Of a stretch of 64,000 bases of DNA, positions 1 through 9,025 are shown one piece after another. How positions within the stretch are numbered: position 1 is the first letter of the stretch; each line of letters opens with the position of its first letter. The position numbers and the translations under genes were made by a program. The stretch spans positions 32,001-96,000 of the forward strand of contig CAWFQK010000009.1 of assembly GCA_963817955.1 (NCBI GenBank), given 5' to 3'. Below the pieces are notes generated by a model. It made no database searches, was not told where the DNA came from, and saw nothing but the letters and a program-made list of their open reading frames with translations. Source of the DNA: an uncultured Gemmatimonadaceae bacterium (GTDB lineage Bacteria; Gemmatimonadota; Gemmatimonadetes; Gemmatimonadales; Gemmatimonadaceae).

Positions 1-714
<714 letters not shown>

Positions 715-762
715 TCAGGTCGAGGGCCACCACCAGAGGTTGGTCGTGTGCAGGTATCTCAT
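715..762 (-). CDS. Trp-rich attenuator leader peptide MRYLHTTNLWWWPST
   Basis: 15-aa ORF with three consecutive TGG codons ~150 nt upstream of trpS, followed by mutually exclusive hairpins. Confidence 0.85.
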   Translation of the reverse strand: MRYLHTTNLWWWPST

Positions 763-783
763 AGGTATAAACCTAATGGGTGT

Positions 784-900
784 GAGACGCGGGACGCGGG
801 ACACGAGAAACTCACAACGCACAACTCACAACTGGCAACCCGAAACTCGCCGACCGGTGGGCCGACCGCTACGGAGCAGCCAGCGACATCTAGCCGGTCA
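784..900 (+). repeat. Interspersed heptamer-array + hairpin repeat, copy 1
   Basis: 7-nt periodic run (gagacgc gggacgc gggacac gagaaac tcacaac gcacaac tcacaac...) then core ccgaccggtgggccgaccgctacggagcagccagcgacatc. Near-identical to copies at 1917 and 15585. Confidence 0.9.
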
Positions 901-974
901 ACACCCGGGGTCCAATCCATGTCGCACCATCGCTGCACCGGTGGCCGACTGCTACGAGGAAAAGCCGCATACGC

Positions 975-1790
975 TCTTACCTCGACTTTGGCCATTTCTC
1001 ACGTGCTGTGAGCGAGGCGCGGATAGCGGCCTCATGACGTGACGAAGCGGGTGACCTCGTAGACTGACACAACTCCTTGCAAGAGTACTGTGTCATGTCG
1101 ACGCTGCCGACCCGCTTCGCCTCGATCATCATAGCATTTTCCGGACTCTTTCGCCAGCGGACGTGGCGGTACGCGGAACGGCTCCTCGTCGGCGCCATGC
1201 TCGCGCCGGGTATTCGCACCGTCGCGAGCGCCCTGCGCGTGCTCGGGCTGGCCGACGAACGCCATTTCGTGAACTATCATCGCGTGTTGAGTCGAGCCCC
1301 ATGGTCCCCCCGCGCGGCGAGTCGGATCTTGCTTGCTCTGCTCGTGCGCGCCTTCGTACCGACCGGTCCGATCGTGCTTGGCCTCGACGACACCATCGAG
1401 CGCCGGCGCGGCGCCAAGATTCACGCCAAAAGCATCTACCGGGATCCGGTCCACTCCTCGCACAGCCACTTCGTGAAAACGAGTGGGTTGCGCTGGCTCT
1501 CGGTCATGCTCCTGGCCCCGATCCCGTGTCGGCCAACTCCAGCGCTGGTTGCCCGGGCGCGCCCGCATCATGGTGGCCGACGCGAGCTTCGCGGCCTTGG
1601 ACCTCCTTGGCGCCCCCGAAAGAAGGGGCGGCGCCTGCCGGCCCTGCATCAGGTCCTCGGTCGTCGAGCGACGGAGTAGACGCGTCTGACGGTGCCGGCC
1701 TGGTATGGCGAGACGAGCCGCGACATCGAGGTCACCTCCGATCATAAAGGAAAGGGCAATGCAGGCAGGTGGACGTACCATTCCGACCAG
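975..1790 (+). mobile_element. IS701-family insertion sequence remnant (internally deleted transposase, ATG at 1095)
   Basis: MSTLPTRFASII...VLGLDDTIERRRGAKI...IYRDPVHSSHSHFVKTSGLRW is an IS701-like DDE N-terminus. The frame breaks after ~1530 with only scraps of downstream sequence. CTCGACTTTGGCCA at ~981 resembles a terminal repeat. Ends are approximate. Confidence 0.75.
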
Positions 1791-1813
1791 GGGACACGAG
1801 ACGCCTGTCAAGT

Positions 1814-1912
1814 TGAGCGACGCCGTGTCAATCTGAGCGACGCCGTGTCAATCTGAGCGACGCCGTGTCAATCTGAGCGACGCCGTGTCATCCTGATCGA
1901 AGCGAAGGATCT
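1814..1912 (+). repeat. 20-bp tandem repeat (tgagcgacgccgtgtcaatc x3 + partial) running into a REP-like unit
   Basis: Identical adjacent units without spacers, ending in tgtcatcctgatcgaagcgaaggatct. Confidence 0.9.
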
Positions 1913-1916
1913 CTTA

Positions 1917-2034
1917 TGACCGGCTGGATGTCGCTGGCTGCTCCGTAGCGGTCGGCCCACCGGTCGGCGAGTTTCGAGTGTCCAGTTGTGAGTTGTGCGT
2001 TGTGAGTTTCTCGTGTCCCGTTTCCCGTGTCCCG
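1917..2034 (-). repeat. Interspersed heptamer-array + hairpin repeat, copy 2 (inverted relative to copy 1)
   Basis: Reverse complement of 784-900 with few mismatches. Confidence 0.9.
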
Positions 2035-2060
2035 TTGGCGTCACGAAGACAGAGCAAGCC

Positions 2061-2097
2061 ATGAAGAAAAGCTCGGCCCAGTGTTTGGGCCGAGCTT
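2061..2097 (-). terminator. Intrinsic terminator
   Basis: aagctcggccca-gtgtt-tgggccgagctt stem, followed on the minus strand by TTCTTC, just after the CDS ending at 2122. Confidence 0.7.
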
Positions 2098-2121
2098 GGC
2101 ACGACTACAGGCGGAATCAAC

Positions 2122-2838
2122 TCAACGCCAAACGACGTCGAAGGTGTAGTGCCCGTACCCTTGTTCCGGGTCACGAACCCGAAGGACAGCAGTGTAGCCG
2201 TTGTCGGGTGTCGGTTGTTGAATGACGTTCACCTGACCGCGACCTTCAAGCAGGTTGACGTCGACACCGGTCGCGCCCGCCGGTATTCCGTTGAACGAGG
2301 ATTCGATCCGGCGCGGTTCGTCGCCGGCCACCGTACGGTAGCTGACACCCCCTGGCCGCAGTGTGATGAGAAGATTGTCATCAACCTCACCACTCCATTG
2401 CAGCGCAACCCGGTTGGCGCGGCTGCGATTGAATGGCGGTCCGAGCTCGCCGGCTGCCGCTGGCTGCCAGTATGCATCGAGCCGGTAATCGCCGGTGCCG
2501 GGTTGCGGATCACGAATCCGAATCACCGCCATGTATCCGTTCTCGGCCGTAGGCTGCCGGATCACGTCGACGGTCCCGCGTCCGTCGAGCACCCGGACGC
2601 TGACTTGGCCATCAGTGTGCGGCAGGGGCGAAATCACCTCAGTCCGGCGTTGACCCGGCTCACTGGGGCCGAGGCTGGTTGTCGTCAGATTCCTGCCACT
2701 GATGGTCAGTTGGACCGCTTGATCGACGCGACCTGACCAGTGGAAGAGCTCGCGCTCCTGCGCACGCGCGATCGTCGCGATCCCCATCGTAATGGCTGCG
2801 CCCGCCGCGATGCTCGTCATCTTGCAATTTCCCCACAT
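2122..2838 (-). CDS. Secreted hypothetical protein with two tandem copies of a ~95-aa beta-rich domain
   Basis: Signal peptide (...IATIARAQ). Repeats WSGRVD...GRGTVDVIRQPTAENGY...IRDPQPG and WSGEVD...GRGQVNVIQQPTPDNGY...VRDPEQG. Start uncertain (2820/2838). Confidence 0.75.
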   Translation of the reverse strand: MWGNCKMTSIAAGAAITMGIATIARAQERELFHWSGRVDQAVQLTISGRNLTTTSLGPSEPGQRRTEVISPLPHTDGQVSVRVLDGRGTVDVIRQPTAENGYMAVIRIRDPQPGTGDYRLDAYWQPAAAGELGPPFNRSRANRVALQWSGEVDDNLLITLRPGGVSYRTVAGDEPRRIESSFNGIPAGATGVDVNLLEGRGQVNVIQQPTPDNGYTAVLRVRDPEQGYGHYTFDVVWR

Positions 2839-2967
2839 ACTCCCCTCCATGTTGGTCCTTCGAGCTACTGCGTTTTCGCAAGCACTGCGCCGCCGCTGTG
2901 GCACGGCGTCTGCCGCGACTTGCCACCTCGCGCACTCGAACGTTCATCCCTATGGCTGGAGGACACG

Positions 2968-3465
2968 ATGGCCAAAGCGAGAAGTCCCGTCCCCTCTGGA
3001 TTTCATACCGTGACCGCGCATTTGATTTTCGACAATAGCGATCAGGCCATTGACTGGTACAAGAAGGCGCTTGGTGCCGAGGAGAAGAGCCGTGCAGTCG
3101 GCCCCGACGGCAAGGTCATGCATGCCGACCTGCAGATCGGAGACTCGCATATCATGTTGAACGACGCGATGGGGGGTGCCAAGAGCGCGAAGACACTTGG
3201 CGCGTCGCCAATCTCATTGTGGGTGTACGTGCCGGATTGTGACACGCTCTTCAATCGCGCCGTGAAGGCCGGCGCTCAGGTCGCGCCCGGGCCAATGGGT
3301 CAACTGGCCGATCAGTTCTGGGGCGATCGAAGCGGCACGTTCACCGACCCCTACGGCTACCAGTGGACGATCGCCACGCGTAGGGAAGATCTCTCACCCG
3401 AAGAGATGGATCGTCGGTCGCAAGAGTTCTTCAGCCAATTCGCGGCGCAGACGGCACACGCATAG
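2968..3465 (+). CDS. VOC / glyoxalase (PhnB-like) family protein
   Basis: GFHTVTAHL...AIDWYKKALGAEE...GKVMHADLQIGDS...DQFWGDRSG.FTDPYGYQW; GGAGG RBS. Confidence 0.9.
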   Translation: MAKARSPVPSGFHTVTAHLIFDNSDQAIDWYKKALGAEEKSRAVGPDGKVMHADLQIGDSHIMLNDAMGGAKSAKTLGASPISLWVYVPDCDTLFNRAVKAGAQVAPGPMGQLADQFWGDRSGTFTDPYGYQWTIATRREDLSPEEMDRRSQEFFSQFAAQTAHA

Positions 3466-3495
3466 TCACACATCTAGCACACGTGTACCACAGCG

Positions 3496-3587
3496 TGTCA
3501 TCCTGAGCCGAAGGCGAAGGATCTGCGCGTTCAAGATGCAGATCCTTCGCTGCGCTCAGGACAACAGCGTACCGCTCAGGACGACAC
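3496..3587. repeat. REP-like inverted repeat between convergent genes
   Basis: tgtcatcctgagccgaaggcgaaggatctgc ... gcagatccttcgctgcgctcaggacaaca, plus a partial extra arm. Same motif as 1886-1912. Confidence 0.8.
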
Positions 3588-3592
3588 CGCGA

Positions 3593-4816
3593 TTACTTGG
3601 CGTCGCGGAGCCAGACCACGTACCAGGTGGGGTGCTCACCCATATCTTCGCGGCAATGTACGCCTGTGAATCGCGCGGCGAGCGTGCCGCCGGGGTCCGA
3701 GCGTGTGGGATAGACTTCGACGAGCTCCACGTCGCGCGCCATGAAACGGCGGAGCGGCGTGAAGCGCAGCTCCTTGCCGTTGATGAGTATGCAGGCGTCG
3801 CTATCGTCAAACGCGCCGATCGGTTGGGTGGGTGCCGGCGGTTGCCCACCAACACTCGGCATGGCCCGGGCCCTGCTCGGGATGTTACTCTGTGACTGTG
3901 GCGCCGAAACACGCGGCGCGGGGGGCTCCATGTGCGTCGGGATGGCTTTGCGCATGACCGCGAACTGTTCTGCGCCCGACACCCCCGCGTACAGCATCGC
4001 CATATCCAGCGAGATGCCTCCAAATCGTCGCAAGTCGTCCGGTCCGATGACGACATCGCTCGCCGCCGAGCGCCAGCGCTTGCGCTTGTCCAGTTCAGCC
4101 CATGCCGCTTCGCTGCGGCCATAGCCGCTCCGTTCGTTCACCACGACCGGGTCGAGCTGCGTCGGGAGTTGACGGATCTTGATCGCCATCTCCCGCTCGT
4201 CGCCATCCTGGAGTTGCACCGCCACCGCATTCGGCTCGTAACCGAGTTTCCGCGCCCGCACGAGGTAGGAACCCACCGGAAGCTGGCGAAAGGCGAACCC
4301 GCCATTCTCACGTGTGAGTCCCACGCGATCGGCGCCTACGAGCTGGACCTCGGCGTCGGCGACGGTTTCGCCCAGCGAGTCGACGACGAATCCCAAAATC
4401 GCCGAGCGTCCGCGCATTTTCTTGTCTTCCTGGGCACGGACGACGACCGGATCCAGCGTGTGCGGCAGGGCGCGGAGCGTGACCATCAAGTCCGTCTGCT
4501 CGTTCGCCCGCGCCAACCAGGTGTACGAGACGGTCGTGTAGCCCAGCTTCCGAAAGAAGACATCGTGTGAGCCCAGCGGGATGTCGGCGAGCGTGAATCG
4601 ACCGTCCGCACCTGTGCGCGTCGTGCGTCGCTGATCTAACGTCGTGACTTCGGCGTCGGCCATGGGAGCACCGGTGGAGTCACGCACGACCCCGACGAGC
4701 GACGCAAGCGCAGGCGCCGGCGTGCGTTGGCTATCAATCTGCGCGCTTACGCCGGCCGCACGAACCGTAGCGAATGCCAGCGCAATCAGGAAACGGTGAA
4801 GCGGTAAGGTTCGCAT
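3593..4816 (-). CDS. Secreted protein with two carboxypeptidase-regulatory-like domains and a C-terminal plug-like region
   Basis: Signal peptide; two GxVxDS.G...ADAEV...GxF...RKLGY...LDPVVV repeats; C-terminal VELVEVY. Confidence 0.8.
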   Translation of the reverse strand: MRTLPLHRFLIALAFATVRAAGVSAQIDSQRTPAPALASLVGVVRDSTGAPMADAEVTTLDQRRTTRTGADGRFTLADIPLGSHDVFFRKLGYTTVSYTWLARANEQTDLMVTLRALPHTLDPVVVRAQEDKKMRGRSAILGFVVDSLGETVADAEVQLVGADRVGLTRENGGFAFRQLPVGSYLVRARKLGYEPNAVAVQLQDGDEREMAIKIRQLPTQLDPVVVNERSGYGRSEAAWAELDKRKRWRSAASDVVIGPDDLRRFGGISLDMAMLYAGVSGAEQFAVMRKAIPTHMEPPAPRVSAPQSQSNIPSRARAMPSVGGQPPAPTQPIGAFDDSDACILINGKELRFTPLRRFMARDVELVEVYPTRSDPGGTLAARFTGVHCREDMGEHPTWYVVWLRDAK

Positions 4817-4962
4817 GCCGCAACTTGTATGCAAAAATGGATATGCGCAATAGGAAACAAACTCTGGCGCCCCATTGCCGCGCGCTCTTCAAACGCCAAC
4901 GCCCAACCAGATCCGATCTGCGATCTGGATATCGAACTCAGACGCCACGCGATACAAGTGTC

Positions 4963-5022
4963 TGCCAAGCTAACAATGCAAAACGACAAGAACATTTGTC
5001 ATAATGACAAGTACGGCTTACA
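4963..5022 (+). promoter_or_regulatory. Three phased imperfect palindromes (TGACAAG-N4-CTTGTCA-like), putative XRE operators
   Basis: 18-mers at 4963, 4984 and 5005 with exact 21-bp period, overlapping CATAAT at 5000-5005. Confidence 0.55.
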
Positions 5023-5039
5023 TTGACAACTGACACTTG

Positions 5040-5273
5040 ATGGAGGGTTCGATCGAAGCAGCGCGCTTGGAAAACCGGCTGAAGGTCGCCCGCGCCGAGC
5101 GGGGCTTGTCTCAGGGACAACTCGCCGACCTTGCCGGAGTCACCCGTCAAACGATCGGTTCCATTGAAACCGGACAGTACGTCCCGTCGGCGCTTCTTGC
5201 CTTCGTGCTCGCCGATCGCCTCGGCAAGCGCGTAGATGACCTGTTCACCCTGGTTGGAGGACCCAAGTCATGA
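5040..5273 (+). CDS. XRE/Cro-family HTH transcriptional regulator
   Basis: NRLKVARAERGLSQGQLADLAGVTRQTIGSIETGQYVPS...VDDLF. Confidence 0.92.
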   Translation: MEGSIEAARLENRLKVARAERGLSQGQLADLAGVTRQTIGSIETGQYVPSALLAFVLADRLGKRVDDLFTLVGGPKS

Positions 5274-5353
5274 CGGCCAAACCGATTCTGCGAGACGAAC
5301 GGACTGAGAATGCGGCCGTGATCGCAGCCGGTATCGTGCTGTTTCGCCGGTAG
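5270..5353 (+). pseudogene. 27-aa ORF coupled to the XRE gene; likely remnant of a membrane-protein partner
   Basis: ATGA overlap and GGAGG RBS; MTAKPILRDERTENAAVIAAGIVLFRR*. Confidence 0.4.
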
Positions 5354-5361
5354 GCAGCTGA

Positions 5362-8076
5362 GTGGTGATGAGCTCTCGCCTCACGCTATCCCTGACTCCG
5401 CATAACCGACTGCTGGTTGTGCCGGATGCCCAGGCGCCGGAACTCGATGAACTCGTCGCACAACGTCTGGTTGACGCGTTTGCGCGTGGTTCCGGCGACG
5501 GTCTGCTGCAACTCGGCGGCGCCGAGGTCGGACGGCCGCTGCCCCCCGTGTTCGCGTATTGGCGCGAGCTGGGCACGCGCTACGTCACCGCGGTGTGCAC
5601 CCGCCGGGATACGGGCGAGCATGACGTACCCCTTCCGCCACCAGAGATCTCTGATTTGGAAGCGCTCGCGCTCGGCGCTCCGGCTATGATGGGCGCGGAG
5701 TACGTCACCGCCGACGGGCTCCGTGCTTTGTGGGGCGAGATCGACGTGGCGTTTGCTATGCGGCGCCGAGAGGCAGGTTCGACTACCGCCGAGACGCTGA
5801 AGCAGCTCAACCCGGCCTGGAACGTGGTGGGGCACGTTCATTTCAATCTGGCGGAGAACGCCAAAGACCCGGACGCACCATTCGCCTTTCTCGCGACCTA
5901 CACGCATCAGCTCTCGCAGCGCGGCAAGGCGCAGCATGTCCCCCTGGGCGAGGCCCTCCGTGAATATGCGGGCGCGAAGAGCCGCCAGCGCCTGCTCGCG
6001 CTACTTGCGCCCGTGCAGCGCGCCGCCGAAGAGTGTTCTTGGCTGCGGACGTTGGTCGACACAGGCGAAGTATTCCACCCGTTGCGTTGGTCCGCCGCCG
6101 AGGCGTTCCAGTTGCTCACCGACCTGCCACGCCTCGAGCGCGCCGGCGTAATTGTTCGCGTGCCGGCGCGTTGGGGCCGGCGTGGGCCGCCGCGTCCGCG
6201 CGTCGCCGCGACCGTGGGATCGCGGCCACCAGCAAACGGCGGCGTCGGTGCCGACGCGCTGCTCGACTTCGACATGGCGGTGACCCTCGACGGCGAACGC
6301 CTGACGGCAGCCGAGATTAAACGGCTACTCCAGGGCACGCGCGGGCTCACGTTCATTCGCGGCCAGTGGATCCAGGTGGAGTCCGAGCAGCTCGCGCAAA
6401 CGATCGAGCGATTTCGTCAACTCCAACGGATGTCGTCTGAGCGTGGCCTGACGTTCGCCGAAGCCGCGCGGCTCGTCTCCGGCGCGGACGTCGTTGGCCA
6501 GGAATTATCCGAAGACAACGTTCGCGAATGGTCGCACGTCGAGGCGGGCCCTTGGCTCATGGATGTTCTGAAACGGCTACGGTCCCCCGAACGGCTGAAC
6601 GACGTCGAGCCCGGCGAGGCCCTTCACGGTACGCTGCGACCATATCAGCATATCGGCGTACGTTGGCTCACGCTGCTGTCGAAGCTCGGCCTCGGCGCCT
6701 GCCTGGCCGACGACATGGGACTTGGCAAGACCATTCAGGTACTCGCGCTGCTCCTCCTTCGGAAGCGCGAGGTCAGGCGCGCAAGCGAGCGAGCGCCGAG
6801 CCTGCTCGTCGTACCGGCGTCACTACTCGCCAACTGGCAATCGGAGATTGCGCGCTTCTCGCCGACGCTGCGCGTGATGGTGATGCATCAGTCCGCAATG
6901 CCGGCGTCGGCGCTGGCCGCGATCGACTCGCGCCGGTTTGACGAGACGGACCTCGTGATCACCACCTATGGCTCGTTGCTCCGATTGCGATCGGTCGCGG
7001 ACTACCGCTGGGATCTCGCCATACTCGACGAGGCGCAGGCAATCAAGAACGCTGGCGCCAAACAGACACGGGCGGCGAAACGTCTACAGGCCCGCGCGCG
7101 CATTGCGATCACGGGAACGCCGGTGGAGAACCATCTCTCTGATCTCTGGTCCATCTTCGACTTCATCAACCCTGGTCTCCTGGGATCGGCCAAGCAGTTC
7201 AGCGCGTACGTGAAGCGGCTCGCGGCAGACCAACACAACCCGTACGGGCCGCTCCGCGAGCTCGTTCGTCCCTACATCCTGCGTCGTCTCAAGACCGATC
7301 GGTCGGTGATCTCGGATCTTCCTGAGAAGGTGGAGGTGAAGGCGTACTGTCAGCTCAGCCGCGCACAGGCGGCGTTGTATGACCAAGCGGTCCGTGAGCT
7401 CCGAGAGCAACTCGCCATACTCGACGGCATGCAGCGTCGCGGCGTGGTGTTGAGCTTTCTCATGCGGCTCAAGCAGATCTGCAACCACCCCTCGCAGTGG
7501 CTCGGCGACGAGGCCTGGGCGGAGAGTGACAGCGGCAAGTGGGCGCGCCTTCGCGAGCTCGCCGAGGTAATCGCGGCGAAACAAGAGAAGGTGCTCGTCT
7601 TCACGCAGTTTCGCGAAGTGACGGCACCGCTCGCCGGGTTCCTCGGAACCGTCTTCGGTCAACCGGGCCTCACGCTGCACGGGCAGACTCCAGTGAACCG
7701 TCGCGGAGACATGGTTCGGCAGTTTCAGGACGACGACCGGGTGCCGTTCTTCGTGATCTCACTCAAGGCGGGCGGCTCGGGGCTCAACCTCACCGCCGCA
7801 TCACATGTCATCCACTTCGACCGGTGGTGGAATCCGGCAGTGGAGAACCAGGCGACAGACCGTGCCTTCCGCATTGGACAGCGCAAGAACGTGCTCGTTC
7901 ACAAGTTCATCTGTCGCGGCACGGTCGAGGAGAAGATCGACCGGCTCATTGAATCGAAGTCGCATCTCTCGGCCGGCTTGCTCGAAGGCGGCGGGGAGCT
8001 CAATCTTACAGAGTTGAGTGACGACGAGTTGCTCCGGCTCGTGTCGCTCGACATTGGATCCTCCATCAACGAATGA
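5362..8076 (+). CDS. SNF2-related DEAD/DEAH-box helicase/translocase
   Basis: LADDMGLGKT, DEAQ, TGTPVEN, SLKAGGSGLNL, WWNPAVENQATDRAFRIGQ motifs. Start may be 5368. Confidence 0.95.
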   Translation: MVMSSRLTLSLTPHNRLLVVPDAQAPELDELVAQRLVDAFARGSGDGLLQLGGAEVGRPLPPVFAYWRELGTRYVTAVCTRRDTGEHDVPLPPPEISDLEALALGAPAMMGAEYVTADGLRALWGEIDVAFAMRRREAGSTTAETLKQLNPAWNVVGHVHFNLAENAKDPDAPFAFLATYTHQLSQRGKAQHVPLGEALREYAGAKSRQRLLALLAPVQRAAEECSWLRTLVDTGEVFHPLRWSAAEAFQLLTDLPRLERAGVIVRVPARWGRRGPPRPRVAATVGSRPPANGGVGADALLDFDMAVTLDGERLTAAEIKRLLQGTRGLTFIRGQWIQVESEQLAQTIERFRQLQRMSSERGLTFAEAARLVSGADVVGQELSEDNVREWSHVEAGPWLMDVLKRLRSPERLNDVEPGEALHGTLRPYQHIGVRWLTLLSKLGLGACLADDMGLGKTIQVLALLLLRKREVRRASERAPSLLVVPASLLANWQSEIARFSPTLRVMVMHQSAMPASALAAIDSRRFDETDLVITTYGSLLRLRSVADYRWDLAILDEAQAIKNAGAKQTRAAKRLQARARIAITGTPVENHLSDLWSIFDFINPGLLGSAKQFSAYVKRLAADQHNPYGPLRELVRPYILRRLKTDRSVISDLPEKVEVKAYCQLSRAQAALYDQAVRELREQLAILDGMQRRGVVLSFLMRLKQICNHPSQWLGDEAWAESDSGKWARLRELAEVIAAKQEKVLVFTQFREVTAPLAGFLGTVFGQPGLTLHGQTPVNRRGDMVRQFQDDDRVPFFVISLKAGGSGLNLTAASHVIHFDRWWNPAVENQATDRAFRIGQRKNVLVHKFICRGTVEEKIDRLIESKSHLSAGLLEGGGELNLTELSDDELLRLVSLDIGSSINE

Positions 8077-8079
8077 TTC

Positions 8080-9021
8080 ATGTCGTATTACGACTGGAAC
8101 TGGAAACCTCGCCTGTCGGTCGGTGCGCTCCGTGCGGCAGCCAAGCGCGAGGCGGCGGCGCTCACGAAGAAGGGGCGGACGCTGGAGCCTGTCGTGATCG
8201 AGGGCCGTGCGATCACGCGCACCTTCTGGGGGACGGCGTGGTGCAAGAACCTCGAGAGCTATAGCGATTTCGAGAACCGATTGCCGCGGGGTCGTTCGTA
8301 TGTGCGCAACGGTCTCGTGCTGCACCTCGCCATCACGCCCGGGACGATCGAGGCGTTGGTCCGCGGGTCATCGCTCTACGAGACGACCATCGCCATCTCG
8401 CCGATCTCGAGCGAGCGATGGAAGTCCATCTGCACGGACTTGGCGGGCAGCATCGATTCCGTCGTCGAGCTACTGCAAGGCCGCCTCTCGGCTGCCGCAA
8501 TGGAGCGCATCTGCCGGCAAGGCTCCGGGCTCTTTCCGGCGCCCGCCGAGATCCGCCTCGATTGCAGTTGCCCGGACTACGCGTCGATGTGCAAGCACGT
8601 CGCCGCTGTACTTTACGGAATTGGTGCGCGATTGGATGAACAGCCTGAACTCCTGTTCACCCTTCGGCAGGCTGATGCGAGCGACCTGATCGCCAATGCG
8701 GATAGTGTTGCCACCATGGCCAAGCGCGCCCCGCGAAAGGACCGGATGCTCGCGCGTGCGAACCTGTCCGAGATGTTCGGATTGGAGATGGCGGCGAAGG
8801 ACGAAACTGCGACGACCACACGGCGCCAGAATCGAGATCGGCCTGCAGCGAGTGCGAAGAAGGGCGAGAAAGGACCCGGGAAGGTAAAGAAGGCGACGAA
8901 CGCGAAAGCCGCGCGAAAGAAACCGGCTCGCGCGGCACAAAAATCCGTGCGCAAGAAAGCCCCCGCGCGCAAGAAAGCCCCCGCGCGCAAGAAAGCCCCT
9001 GCGCGCACGAAAGCTCAATAG
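8080..9021 (+). CDS. SWIM zinc-finger protein with Lys/Ala-rich basic tail
   Basis: NRLPRGRSY, CSCPD...MCKHVAAVLY; tail with (RKKAPA)3. Confidence 0.92.
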   Translation: MSYYDWNWKPRLSVGALRAAAKREAAALTKKGRTLEPVVIEGRAITRTFWGTAWCKNLESYSDFENRLPRGRSYVRNGLVLHLAITPGTIEALVRGSSLYETTIAISPISSERWKSICTDLAGSIDSVVELLQGRLSAAAMERICRQGSGLFPAPAEIRLDCSCPDYASMCKHVAAVLYGIGARLDEQPELLFTLRQADASDLIANADSVATMAKRAPRKDRMLARANLSEMFGLEMAAKDETATTTRRQNRDRPAASAKKGEKGPGKVKKATNAKAARKKPARAAQKSVRKKAPARKKAPARKKAPARTKAQ

Positions 9022-9025
9022 TATC

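Noticed and set aside
1814..1890. Possible CRISPR array
   Set aside because: The 20-bp units are contiguous with no spacers, and there are no cas genes.
5040..9021. XRE-SNF2-SWIM as an anti-phage defence system
   Set aside because: No nuclease, methylase or defence-island context is visible.
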